In this document: piece after piece, positions 27,501-35,705 of the stretch
Layout: each line of letters starts with the position of its first letter
Numbering within the stretch: the stretch's first letter is position 1
DNA from: an uncultured Verrucomicrobiota bacterium
Lineage (GTDB): Bacteria > Verrucomicrobiota > Verrucomicrobiia > Palsa-1439
Length of the DNA: 43,265 nt
Reading direction: 5' to 3'
Assembly (NCBI GenBank): GCA_964514435.1
Contig: CAZEQV010000001.1
Span: 1 to 43,265, forward strand
Notes under the pieces: model-generated
Seen by the model: only the letters and a program-made list of their open reading frames with translations
Databases searched by the model: none
What the model was told of the DNA's origin: nothing
Position numbers and translations under genes: made by a program

Positions 27501-28022
27501 GCGGAGAGCGCGAAATTGGAGGCGCTGACCGATTTGTTGGAGCCGTTGATGCAGGAGGGGCACAAGGTTTTGGTGTTCAGCCAGTTTGTCGGACTGCTCG
27601 ACCTGCTGCGGCCGGTCATGGACAAGAACGAGTGGCCTGTGTTCTATCTGACCGGCGCGACGGAGAACCGGGGCGACCTGATACAAAACTTTCAGAACAC
27701 CAAGGGTGCCGCCGTGTTCTTGATCTCGCTCAAGGCCGGTGGGTTCGGATTGAACCTGACGGCGGCCTCATACGTGGTGTTGTTTGATCCGTGGTGGAAT
27801 CCCGCCGTCGAGAATCAAGCGATTGATCGAACGCACCGGATCGGCCAGTCACGCCAGGTGATCGCCTACCGGTTGCTGATCAAGAACAGCATCGAGGAGA
27901 AGATTCGGACGCTCCAGAAAACGAAGTCCGCGCTGGCCAACGATGTGTTGGGCGAAGAGAACTTCACCAACGCCCTTTCGATCGAGGACTTGCGATTCCT
28001 GTTTGCGGATGAAGCGACGTGA
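24513..28022 (+). CDS. SNF2-family helicase with N-terminal SWIM zinc finger
   Basis: SWIM CSCPVVYDCKHGVA. SNF2 motifs LADDMGLGKTLQT, ILDEGQYIKN, LTGTPIENR. Helicase-C: FLISLKAGGFGLNLT, QAIDRTHRIGQ. Confidence 0.9.
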   Translation: MKPGFSIVDLDAAWDFLSAVPRSSRQRGEEYHRAGRVRNLVAIQPGTMYRAIVQGGVNYTVTLRYDDGYWTADCSCPVVYDCKHGVATMLALLGEAEVATSDSPAPREGELVAELKAKLQRELNKTEMAYVNRVRKLFELGRQVGRITYWELQQFQAGVRGMSWEMPKLFPSFPRSELEFGRYLHYWLQKHGYETPAFMKPIEDTERIQKIIIQWHREEEIEEWRRRLSHEMDDPSAAMPGLVAQPVGLRLQLDLRTATLMWRKNDEDDFEPLKSAMLKQWVSAHAAGTLSLPAGGQDIWQPFYCLADVLRMTKFELTDPQVRNIVNGLLRREDLQELIVSANRLPFKRHTESLQWKLREASSENDDYELYLAKPDGGVFSEHYLTFPGRPTLYMARAEIWAGPTPVRKLKEYGSALRVPAPALETQDGVELLSRLGVGLPARLNERVRRVKMRVRITGHLKPVYPGSTEEMVCLDFEAVSEDGHRAEFFSPAGWSKDADPRRLLPKEDQNIKVLDRAALEAVPVLVQTLGATWDSYQQGWKLRLTRNFADKFVSWLATVPGDVELKLDPQLATLRDAPVSASVRLDCESAGVDWFDLRVVLDVKDTTLSKEELKLLLDARGRYVRLGKKGWRRLQFNVSEEEDGELARLGLSPHDLSSEPQRLHALQLADKAAARFLPEERVAEIHRRASEIKTRVTPDVPKTVCAQLRRYQTEGFHFLSYLATNRFGGVLADDMGLGKTLQTLTWLEWLRAEEKKTVKTSLVVCPKSVMDNWRSEAERFSPTLRVKVWRGSDGVEFKSALGTTDLIVINYAQLRSLESVVKNVNWMAVILDEGQYIKNPQSQTATVARGLRADYRLVLTGTPIENRLMDLWSLMAFAMPGVLGNKSQFMQNFDRADDPLARQRLAARVRPFLLRRTKQQVATDLPARIEEDLLCSMEGAQETLYRAELKHAQQMLLKVKTRQEFDKQRFNFLTSLLRLRQICCHPGLVSEKHTHAESAKLEALTDLLEPLMQEGHKVLVFSQFVGLLDLLRPVMDKNEWPVFYLTGATENRGDLIQNFQNTKGAAVFLISLKAGGFGLNLTAASYVVLFDPWWNPAVENQAIDRTHRIGQSRQVIAYRLLIKNSIEEKIRTLQKTKSALANDVLGEENFTNALSIEDLRFLFADEAT

Positions 28023-28026
28023 GCCG

Positions 28027-28497
28027 TTAGGCGGTCGCCCAATCGGTCGCGTCTTTCTTCCACAGCAGCGTGCCGGAACCGGGCTTCATCGCGGCCATCT
28101 CCACACACGCCACCGTGGCCGGGTGAAACTCATGGGCGTGAACATTCTTGGAGCCGACGAGTTCCGCCAGATGTCGCGCCACACCGGGCATGTGCCCCAC
28201 CAACAACACATCACCGGCGGGCAAGATCTTCAGCAGGGCGCGGGTGGTGGAGTTGTCCGCCAGTTCATCGAGCGCACGAGGCTCCGTGGCGGATTTCAAC
28301 CCTTGCGCGATGAATTGCGCGGTTTGAACGGCGCGCCATTTGGGACTGGAGTAAATGGCGGGCGGGTTGCGGCAGATGCGCGCCAGCCCTTCGCCCACCG
28401 CTAGCGCTTCGCGTTGTCCCTGCTTCGTCAACGGCCGCTCCGCATCGCAGGATGCGATGTGCGACGCGGTGGCATGACGAACAAGATAAATTCTCAT
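28027..28497 (-). CDS. sixA: Phosphohistidine phosphatase SixA-like (histidine phosphatase superfamily)
   Basis: MRIYLVRHATA...RPLTKQGQREA...LLVGHMP, about 156 aa, matching SixA size and RH(A/G) catalytic motif. Confidence 0.75.
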   Translation of the reverse strand: MRIYLVRHATASHIASCDAERPLTKQGQREALAVGEGLARICRNPPAIYSSPKWRAVQTAQFIAQGLKSATEPRALDELADNSTTRALLKILPAGDVLLVGHMPGVARHLAELVGSKNVHAHEFHPATVACVEMAAMKPGSGTLLWKKDATDWATA

Positions 28498-28512
28498 CGT
28501 CCCCCGGCCGTG

Positions 28513-29886
28513 TTACAGGAAGTCGCGCGGATCGGTGATCTTGCCGGTCAAGGCGCTGGCGGCCACGGTGTACGGGCTGGCGAGGAACACTTGCGATTCG
28601 AGATGTCCCATGCGGCCCGGGAAGTTGCGGTTGGTGGCGCTGATGCATTTCATCGGCTTGTTCATGCGGCCAAACGTGTCGGCCGGTCCGCCCAAGCACG
28701 CGGCGCACCCGGGGTTTTCCGTCATTTGCACGCCGGCTTTGACCAACACATCCCAAACGGGCGTGCCGTTGATCTTGGCGGCGCGAAGGTCGCGGATCAC
28801 TTCGGGCGTGGCCGGCACCCCGAACGTGTCAATCTTCACCTGATGTCCCTTGATGATCTCGGCGAACGCCAGGAAATCGCTGGTCTTGCCACCCGTGCAG
28901 GAGCCAATGTAGGCGCGGTCAAGCGCGATGGAAGTCAACTCCCGCGCGAGTTTGCGGTTGCCGGGGTTGGGGTGACAGGCCACGGTCGGCTCCAGCTTGG
29001 TGAGGTCAAATCGCTTGTCGTACACAAACGACTGTTTGTCGTCGGGATCGCAGAAGAGCGGGGCGTAAGCGGATGGTGTGCCGTTGGCGCGGGTGCGCTC
29101 GTCCACGTAATCAAAGGTGGTTTGATCCGGCTCGAAGATGCCGTTTTTGCCGCCGGCTTCGATGGCCATGTTGGCGATGGTCATGCGATCATCCATGTTC
29201 ATGGCTTGGGCGCCCGGACCTTGGAACTGCATGGCCCGGTAGGTGGCGCCGTCGAACCCGATGTCGCCGATCACGCGCAGGATCACATCCTTGGCCATGA
29301 CGCCGCGCTGGAGTTCTCCGTCGAGCCAGAAGCGCATCGTTTCCGGCACCTTGAGCAAGAGCTTGCCGGTGCCGAGAACGAACCCGGCGTCGGTGTTGCC
29401 GATGCCGGTGGCGAACTCTCCGAACGCGCCCGCCATGCAAGTGTGCGAGTCCGTGCCGAGGAGAATCTCACCGGGACGCGTGTGCCCGCGCGCCGCGAGG
29501 GCGGTGTGACACACGCCGGCAAAGTTGCTGCCGTACTGGCGTTGCATCGGTCCCTTGGCGGGATCGAAAACCCAGTGGCCGTTCGGATCATCAATCACAT
29601 CGTAGAAATACTTCAGCCCTTGTTCTTTTACGAAGTCGCGCAAGATGTCCACATTGCGGTTGGACTTGGAGTCGGCGGTGAAAATGTAATGGTCCGGGAT
29701 GATGACTACTTTGTTCTTGTCCCAAACTTTGGCGGTGGCGCCGAACTCCCGCTTGAACACGCCGATGGTCCCCGGTCCGCACACATCGTGGGTCATCAGA
29801 ACGTCCACGTTGACCCAGACGTTGTCGCCGGGGCGGACGGTGGACTTGCCGGAAGCGCGGGCCATGATTTTTTCAGTAAGCGTCAT
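28513..29886 (-). CDS. leuC: 3-isopropylmalate dehydratase / homoaconitase large subunit (aconitase family, type 2)
   Basis: MTLTEKIMARASGK..., VLMTHDVCGPG, GTDSHT, Fe-S ligand contexts YIGSCTGGK and PGCAACLGGP. Confidence 0.88.
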   Translation of the reverse strand: MTLTEKIMARASGKSTVRPGDNVWVNVDVLMTHDVCGPGTIGVFKREFGATAKVWDKNKVVIIPDHYIFTADSKSNRNVDILRDFVKEQGLKYFYDVIDDPNGHWVFDPAKGPMQRQYGSNFAGVCHTALAARGHTRPGEILLGTDSHTCMAGAFGEFATGIGNTDAGFVLGTGKLLLKVPETMRFWLDGELQRGVMAKDVILRVIGDIGFDGATYRAMQFQGPGAQAMNMDDRMTIANMAIEAGGKNGIFEPDQTTFDYVDERTRANGTPSAYAPLFCDPDDKQSFVYDKRFDLTKLEPTVACHPNPGNRKLARELTSIALDRAYIGSCTGGKTSDFLAFAEIIKGHQVKIDTFGVPATPEVIRDLRAAKINGTPVWDVLVKAGVQMTENPGCAACLGGPADTFGRMNKPMKCISATNRNFPGRMGHLESQVFLASPYTVAASALTGKITDPRDFL

Positions 29887-29936
29887 GCGTGCTGAAAATA
29901 CGCAACCCGACCGGCTGGCGCAACCGGTAAATCAGC

Positions 29937-30130
29937 CGCCCCGCCGGGACAGGCGACATCGCAAGTTCTGTAGGGCGGGTACGCCTGTCGTTTGGGCTGC
30001 CCGCCGTTGGTTCGGGGTGCGAATAATGGAATGGTTCGCGGCGCGAACCCCACACGACAGGGATTCGCGCCCTACAATTTTGGACCTGTTCAAAACTTGC
30101 GGTGCGCCCCGCCGGGACAGGCGACATCGC
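29937..30130. repeat. Composite intergenic repeat: 26-nt perfect direct repeats flanking an imperfect 23-nt inverted repeat pair and a central 17-nt palindrome
   Basis: DR CGCCCCGCCGGGACAGGCGACATCGC at 29937..29962 and 30105..30130 (26/26). IR TGTAGGGCGGGTACGCCTGTCGT at 29969..29991 against the reverse complement of 30054..30076 (19/23). Palindrome GGTTCGCGGCGCGAACC at 30033..30049. Confidence 0.85.
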
Positions 30131-30167
30131 TCTTGAATCCGCTTTCGCGGACTCTTACAGTGCGGCC

Positions 30168-30704
30168 ATGAATCACAAGGAACTTTTTCTCCTATCCGCG
30201 CTGACTGTGGGGACACTCAGCGGCAGCATTCCCGTCAGCGTTCAAGCCCAGGAAACCGTGGCGCAAAGCATCGCGGTTCTGGACGAACGCATCAAACAAC
30301 TCACTGCCCAAGTCGAGGCGTTGCAGTTCAACCAAGACAAAATGAAACGCCAGATCGAGGACATCCAGACCCAGCTTATCGAAATTCGGCGCGCGGGCGT
30401 CGGCGGAACGTCGGCTGACTTGCAGGCGTTGGACGCGCGGGTTCGCGAACTGCAAGCGGCGCGCGAGAAAGACAAACAAGTGATCCTCGACACGTTGGCC
30501 CGTGAGCTGGCGGCCATCAGTGGCGGCGGTTCGCGCCCGGTAAGCTCTGGTTCCGGTCAAGAGCACGTTGTCGCCAAGGGCGAAGTGCTGGCGATCATTG
30601 CCCGCAAATACGGCGTCACCATCAACGACATCATCAAGGCCAACAATTTGGCCAATCCCGACTCCATCCGTCCCGGCCAAAAATTGATCATACCGGCCAA
30701 GTAA
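30168..30704 (+). CDS. Secreted coiled-coil protein with C-terminal LysM peptidoglycan-binding domain
   Basis: ATG 30168: signal peptide MNHKELFLLSALTVGTLSGSIPVSVQA, coiled coil (IKQLTAQVEALQFNQDKMKRQIEDIQTQLIE), LysM HVVAKGEVLAIIARKYGVTINDIIKANNLANPDSIRPGQKLIIP. Confidence 0.85.
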   Translation: MNHKELFLLSALTVGTLSGSIPVSVQAQETVAQSIAVLDERIKQLTAQVEALQFNQDKMKRQIEDIQTQLIEIRRAGVGGTSADLQALDARVRELQAAREKDKQVILDTLARELAAISGGGSRPVSSGSGQEHVVAKGEVLAIIARKYGVTINDIIKANNLANPDSIRPGQKLIIPAK

Positions 30705-30709
30705 CGGTC

Positions 30710-33700
30710 TTACTCGCGGGAGGGCGCGCGCTGCCAGCGCTGTTCGCGGCGGGCGTTGCTGGCGGCGGCCAGTTTCTCGGCGTCCACCTTCAGCCAGACC
30801 GTGTCTTCACCGATTAACTGTTCGATCTCATCAATCAATTCCTGCCGGGGCGTCACGGCAAAATGGTCGTGCGCTTCCACAAACACCGTGCGCCCGTTGG
30901 CGAATGTGAACGCGAAGAATACCGGGCACTCGCCCCGGTAACGCGCCAGTATTTCACGCACCGCGGTCAACGTGTCTTCGCTCGTTGTCTCGGCCGGCAG
31001 GCGGATGTGCACGGCTTTCGTGAAGCGACGCGGCACGTCATCGAGCGGGATGATCTGGTTGACGTAGATCTTCGGTTTGTCCTCGCGCAAGTTCACTTCG
31101 CCGACGATGAACACGGGAGCATCCTGTTTGAGAAGCGTGACGTATTTGGCGTATGGCTCGGGGAACACCACGACTTCCACCGCGCCCTCCAAATCCTCAA
31201 TAGCCAGCACGCCCATCGGCTTGCCGGTTTTCGTCGTGCGCGGCTGGAACTTGCTGATGATGCCGCCGAGCCGGGTAGGTTGTCCGTCTTGCAGCGAACC
31301 GAGTTGCGCCGTGGTCGTCAGCTCGTACCGGGTCAGGATGTTGGCGTACCGGCTCAAAGGATGGCCGGAGACGTAGAATCCCAGCAGCTCCTTCTCGTAG
31401 GCGAGCATTTCGCTTTGCGACCATTCCACAGCCGGTGCGCTTGTGTCTGAGGCTTTGCGCACTTGAACCGGCTCCACGTCGAACAGCGCCGCCTGTCCGC
31501 GTTCCCGGTCGCGTTGCATCGTGGCGGCGCGGCTCATTTGAAAATCAACCTCGCTGAACACTTGGGCGCGTGCCTGTCCCAGAGAGTCAAACGCGCCGCA
31601 TTTGGCCAGACATTCCAGCACCTTGCGGTTGATGGTGCGGGTGTCAATGCGGCCGCAGAATTCCTCGAATGATTTGTAGGGACCGTGCGCCTCGCGTTCG
31701 GCAATGATGCTGTTGACGGCGACTTCGCCCACGTTCTTGATGGCGGCCATGCCGAAACGGATGGCGCCGTTTTCCACGGTAAACCGCAAACCGCTGGCGT
31801 TCACATCGGGCGGCAGCACCTCGATGCCCATGCGTTTGCACTCGACGATGAACATCTGGATTTTGTCGGTGTCGGCCAGTTCATTGGAGAGGAGGGCGGC
31901 CATGAACTCAACCGGATAGTTGGCCTTGAGCCAGGCGGTCTGATACGCTACGACCGCGTAGGCGGCGCTGTGGGATTTGTTGAATCCATACCCGGCAAAC
32001 TTTTCCAACAGGTTGAAGATGTTTTCCGCCTGGGCCTTGGGAATGTTGTTGGTGTCGGCGCAACCTTTGACGAACGTGGCGCGCTGTTTGTCCATTTCCT
32101 CCTGTTTCTTCTTGCCCATCGCGCGCCGCAAGATGTCCGCGCCGCCGAGCGAATAGCCCGCCAGCACGCTGGCCGCCTGCATCACTTGTTCCTGATACAC
32201 AAAGATGCCGTACGTTTCCTTCAGCACCGGCTCCAGCAACGGATGATCGTAGGTGATCGGTTTGCGCCCGTGTTTGCGGTCAATGTAATCCGGTATCATC
32301 TCCATCGGACCGGGCCGGTAAAGCGCGATCAAGGCGTTGATGTTGTCAATCGAATCAATCCCGATCTTGCGGCACAAATCGCGCATCCCACCGGATTCCA
32401 ACTGGAACACGCCGATCGTGTTGGCTTTCATCAACAGATCAAACGTCTTTTGATCGTTGAGGGGGATTTTGCCAATGTCCACGTGTTGCCCGGTCGTTTT
32501 CTCCACGTAATCCAACGCATCCTTGATCACGGTCAACGTCTTCAACCCCAGAAAATCCATCTTCAACACGCCGAGATCGCCCAGCGGATTCATCGAATAC
32601 TGCGTGACGATGTCGGTCGGCTCCGTGCCGGTCGTCAACGGCACGGTGTTGTCGAGCGGCTCGTCGCCGATGACCACACCGGCGGCATGGGTGGAACAGT
32701 TGCGGGCGATGCCTTCCAAGATGAACCCGTAGTCCACCACCCGCTGCACCAAGTCCTCGTTCTCATACGCCGCCTTGAACTCCGGGTTCTTCTCCAACGC
32801 TTTCTTGAGCGTGATGTTGAGTTCCGTCGGGATCATCTTCGCGATCCGGTCGCATTCGCCGTAGGACAACCCCAAGACGCGTCCCACATCGCGCACGACC
32901 ATTTTCGCGCCCAACGTGCCAAACGTGATGATCTGCGCCACGTGGTCGGCGCCGTACTTCTTGCGGACGTACTCGATCACCTCGGGACGCCGGTTGTAGC
33001 AGAAATCCATGTCAATGTCCGGTGGGGACACGCGCTCAGGATTCAGGAAGCGCTCGAACAACAAGTTGTACCGCAACGGATCAATGTCCGTGATCTGCAG
33101 CAGGAACGCGACGAGGCTGCCGGCCGCGCTGCCGCGACCCGGCCCCACCGGGATGCCGTGCGTGCGCGCGAAGTTCACGAAATCCCAGACGATGAGGAAG
33201 TAGCTGACGAACCCGGTGCGCTCCATGATGTTCAGCTCGTGTTCGAGCCTTGCGATGATCTGGCGCTCGGAGGCGTCCTTGGGTTTGTCCTGCTGGATCC
33301 CGTATCGCTTCAGCAAACCTTCCCGGCACAGATGGCGGAGATACGCTTCCCGCTTGAACCCTTCCGGCGGTTCATATTTGGGGAACCTGAGTTTGCCGAA
33401 CTCCAGTTTCACCGAAGTCTTCTCGGCAATGGCCAGCGTGTTTTTGATCGCTTCCGGCACTTCGGCGAACAGCGCGTGCATCTCCTCAGCGGTCTTGAGA
33501 TAAAATTGATCGCTGTTGTATTTCATCCGCTTTTCGTCAGTCTGCAGCGAGCCGGTTTGCAGACAGATCAACACATCGTGCGCCTCATGATGATCGTGCT
33601 GGCAATAGTGCACGTCGTTGGTGGCCACCAACGGGAGCTTGAACTCCTTGGCCCACTTCAACAGCGTCCGATTGGCGGTTTGTTGTTCCGGTATGCCGTG

Positions 33701-34240
33701 GTTCTGCAACTCCACGAAGAAATCACCCGGCTCGAAGATGTGCCGGTACTCATCCAGCGCGTCGCGGGCCTGTTTTTCCTGGTCGTGAAGCAGCTTGAAC
33801 GGCACCTCGCCTTTCAGACACGACGTGAACCCGATCAGCCCCTTGGAATGTTGGGCGAGGATTTCCTTGTCAATCCGCGGCTTGTAGTAGAACCCCTCCA
33901 AATGGGCTTTGGACACGAGCTTGATGAGGTTCCGGTATCCTTCGTTGTCCTTGGCCAGCAACACCAGATGAAACGCCGCATCGCGCGCGTTGGCCGACTT
34001 CTTTTCCAGCCGCGAGCCCGGCGCGATGTATGTTTCGCAGCCGATGATGGGCTTGATCCCCTTTTCGGAGGCCTCCTTGTAGAACTCGATCGCGCCGTAC
34101 ATGTTGCCGTGATCGGTGATCGCCAAAGCCGGCATCCTGGCCTCGTGCGCTTTCTCGACGACCTTGGGAATCTGCGCCGCCCCGTCCAGCAGGCTGTAAT
34201 CCGTGTGCAGATGAAGATGGACAAAGTCAGAATGTTTCAT
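30710..34240 (-). CDS. dnaE: DNA polymerase III alpha subunit
   Basis: 1176 aa. PHP N-terminus FVHLHLHTDYSLLDGA, GIPVGPGRGSAAGSLVAFLL, DIDMDF, FNKSHSAAYA. Confidence 0.95.
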   Translation of the reverse strand: MKHSDFVHLHLHTDYSLLDGAAQIPKVVEKAHEARMPALAITDHGNMYGAIEFYKEASEKGIKPIIGCETYIAPGSRLEKKSANARDAAFHLVLLAKDNEGYRNLIKLVSKAHLEGFYYKPRIDKEILAQHSKGLIGFTSCLKGEVPFKLLHDQEKQARDALDEYRHIFEPGDFFVELQNHGIPEQQTANRTLLKWAKEFKLPLVATNDVHYCQHDHHEAHDVLICLQTGSLQTDEKRMKYNSDQFYLKTAEEMHALFAEVPEAIKNTLAIAEKTSVKLEFGKLRFPKYEPPEGFKREAYLRHLCREGLLKRYGIQQDKPKDASERQIIARLEHELNIMERTGFVSYFLIVWDFVNFARTHGIPVGPGRGSAAGSLVAFLLQITDIDPLRYNLLFERFLNPERVSPPDIDMDFCYNRRPEVIEYVRKKYGADHVAQIITFGTLGAKMVVRDVGRVLGLSYGECDRIAKMIPTELNITLKKALEKNPEFKAAYENEDLVQRVVDYGFILEGIARNCSTHAAGVVIGDEPLDNTVPLTTGTEPTDIVTQYSMNPLGDLGVLKMDFLGLKTLTVIKDALDYVEKTTGQHVDIGKIPLNDQKTFDLLMKANTIGVFQLESGGMRDLCRKIGIDSIDNINALIALYRPGPMEMIPDYIDRKHGRKPITYDHPLLEPVLKETYGIFVYQEQVMQAASVLAGYSLGGADILRRAMGKKKQEEMDKQRATFVKGCADTNNIPKAQAENIFNLLEKFAGYGFNKSHSAAYAVVAYQTAWLKANYPVEFMAALLSNELADTDKIQMFIVECKRMGIEVLPPDVNASGLRFTVENGAIRFGMAAIKNVGEVAVNSIIAEREAHGPYKSFEEFCGRIDTRTINRKVLECLAKCGAFDSLGQARAQVFSEVDFQMSRAATMQRDRERGQAALFDVEPVQVRKASDTSAPAVEWSQSEMLAYEKELLGFYVSGHPLSRYANILTRYELTTTAQLGSLQDGQPTRLGGIISKFQPRTTKTGKPMGVLAIEDLEGAVEVVVFPEPYAKYVTLLKQDAPVFIVGEVNLREDKPKIYVNQIIPLDDVPRRFTKAVHIRLPAETTSEDTLTAVREILARYRGECPVFFAFTFANGRTVFVEAHDHFAVTPRQELIDEIEQLIGEDTVWLKVDAEKLAAASNARREQRWQRAPSRE

Positions 34241-34515
34241 GGCATGACGCGACAGCGCACGGGAACTTTAGGAGTCGCCTCCGGTCGGCGCAAGCCCGAT
34301 GTGGGAACATTCTGGTGCGCCCGCCGGTTGCGGTGCATGGGCTGCCCACACACAACAGCAATGACCAGAAGCCGCCGGCTGTTGATGACGCGGGTCGCAG
34401 GCGGACGGGGCTGGCCGCCCGCCACGCGCAACACTCGCGGCGAGGTGGTGTTGATACCGCGTGTCGCGTCCGGTTGAGTGGGCCGGTGCGTCAATCAACA
34501 GAAAGGTGCGAGACG

Positions 34516-35292
34516 ATGAAGCTTGTTTCTTTGGTTTATCCGGTGGTGTTGGGGGTTTGCTTGTCCGTGACGGTTTGGGCGCAGGAGGCACCGGCACCGG
34601 TTGCCGCCGGGGCGGACGAGTCGTTGACGGTGGACCGGGTGGTGCGGGAGATGAAACGCCAGTACAAAGCCGGTGGGGCGACGATGCATTTCATCACGGC
34701 GTTGTCGTTGTTGGGCGCGGCATTTGTCCTGGAACGGTTGTTCCGCTTGCAGAGGCGCAGCGTGGCGCCGGCGGGGTTGTCGGAGCAGGCGCAGCAGCTG
34801 TGGCAGGCCGGCAACCTCGGCGGGTTGGAGCAATTGGCGCAGCAGCACGCCAAGAGCACGCTGGGGCGGATCATTTTGTTCGCGTTGAAGCATCGCCACA
34901 GCTCCGTGGACGAGGTGAACTCGGTGGCCAGCGACATAGCGTCGCGCGACATGGCGCGGCACATGATGTTCACCTATCCGCTGGCGACGGTGGCGGTGTT
35001 GGCGCCGTTGCTGGGGCTGTTTGGAACGGTGGTGGGCATGATCGAGTCGTTCGAGACCGTGGCGGTGGCCGGTACGATGGGCGATCCGTCGTTGTTGTCG
35101 AGCAGCATCTCCAAGGCGCTGGTGACAACCGCCTACGGCCTGATGGTGGCGATGCCGATTTTGTTCTGTTATCACATGATCAAAGTGCGCACAGCGTATC
35201 TGTCGAGCGTGTTGGATGAGGAGGCCAGCACGTTGATCAATGATTGGTTCCTGACGCGATCCGCGTCGAAGCCGGCGGAGGCGGCCCAATGA
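34516..35292 (+). CDS. exbB: MotA/TolQ/ExbB proton-channel family protein
   Basis: ATG 34516 with GAAAGG upstream, within ORF 34315..35292. Signal/TM, then the family core LAPLLGLFGTVVGMIESF...ISKALVTTAYGLMVAMPILFCYH. Confidence 0.85.
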   Translation: MKLVSLVYPVVLGVCLSVTVWAQEAPAPVAAGADESLTVDRVVREMKRQYKAGGATMHFITALSLLGAAFVLERLFRLQRRSVAPAGLSEQAQQLWQAGNLGGLEQLAQQHAKSTLGRIILFALKHRHSSVDEVNSVASDIASRDMARHMMFTYPLATVAVLAPLLGLFGTVVGMIESFETVAVAGTMGDPSLLSSSISKALVTTAYGLMVAMPILFCYHMIKVRTAYLSSVLDEEASTLINDWFLTRSASKPAEAAQ

Positions 35293-35696
35293 AGACGCGT
35301 CTGGACATGACCGAAGGCGACGCGGAAGTGCAGATGGGGCCGCTGATTGACTGTGTGTTCCTGCTGCTGATTTTCTTTCTGGTGACCGCGACGCTGAAGA
35401 AGGCGCACAAGGAACTGGATATTCAGTTGCCGCAATCGGCGGCGGCGACCGAGACGAAGTCGCCGCACGACACGGTGGTGGTGGAGATCACCAAGGACGG
35501 CAACGTGTACGTGGACGGCGACCCGATGACGCAGCAGTTGTTGCACAAGCGGCTGCGGGCGTTGGCGCAGGAGAATCCCAATCGCCGGGTGCGCATTGAT
35601 GCCGACCGGCGGACGGCGTTCCAGCATCTTATCCATGTGGTTGACCTGTGTGAATACGAGGGTTTGAAGTCGGTGGGGTTCCACACCAAGGATTGA
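35289..35696 (+). CDS. exbD: ExbD/TolR biopolymer transport protein
   Basis: ATG 35289 overlaps the exbB stop (ATGA). GPLIDCVFLLLIFFLVTATL is the canonical ExbD/TolR TM. The periplasmic part has VVVEITKDGNVYVDG. Confidence 0.88.
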   Translation: MKTRLDMTEGDAEVQMGPLIDCVFLLLIFFLVTATLKKAHKELDIQLPQSAAATETKSPHDTVVVEITKDGNVYVDGDPMTQQLLHKRLRALAQENPNRRVRIDADRRTAFQHLIHVVDLCEYEGLKSVGFHTKD

Positions 35697-35705
35697 GCCG
35701 CCCGG

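Noticed and set aside
24090-27686. Minus-strand ORFs of 425 and 444 aa
   Set aside because: Antisense to the SWIM-SNF2 helicase. They are Arg/Pro/His/Gln-rich and lack motifs.
28414-29895. 493-aa plus-strand ORF
   Set aside because: Antisense shadow of leuC, which has clear aconitase-family motifs on the minus strand.
29937-30130. Possible CRISPR array
   Set aside because: There are only two direct-repeat copies, with a 142-nt spacer that is itself internally palindromic, and no cas genes in the window.
31685-34477. 930-aa plus-strand ORF
   Set aside because: Antisense shadow of dnaE. It has no recognisable motifs and is rich in R/H/G/L/V.
34315-34515. Upstream extension of the exbB ORF (MRPPVAVHGLPTHNSN...)
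   Set aside because: It is Arg-rich and non-hydrophobic, with no family similarity. ATG 34516 has an SD-like GAAAGG and starts a signal or TM sequence.
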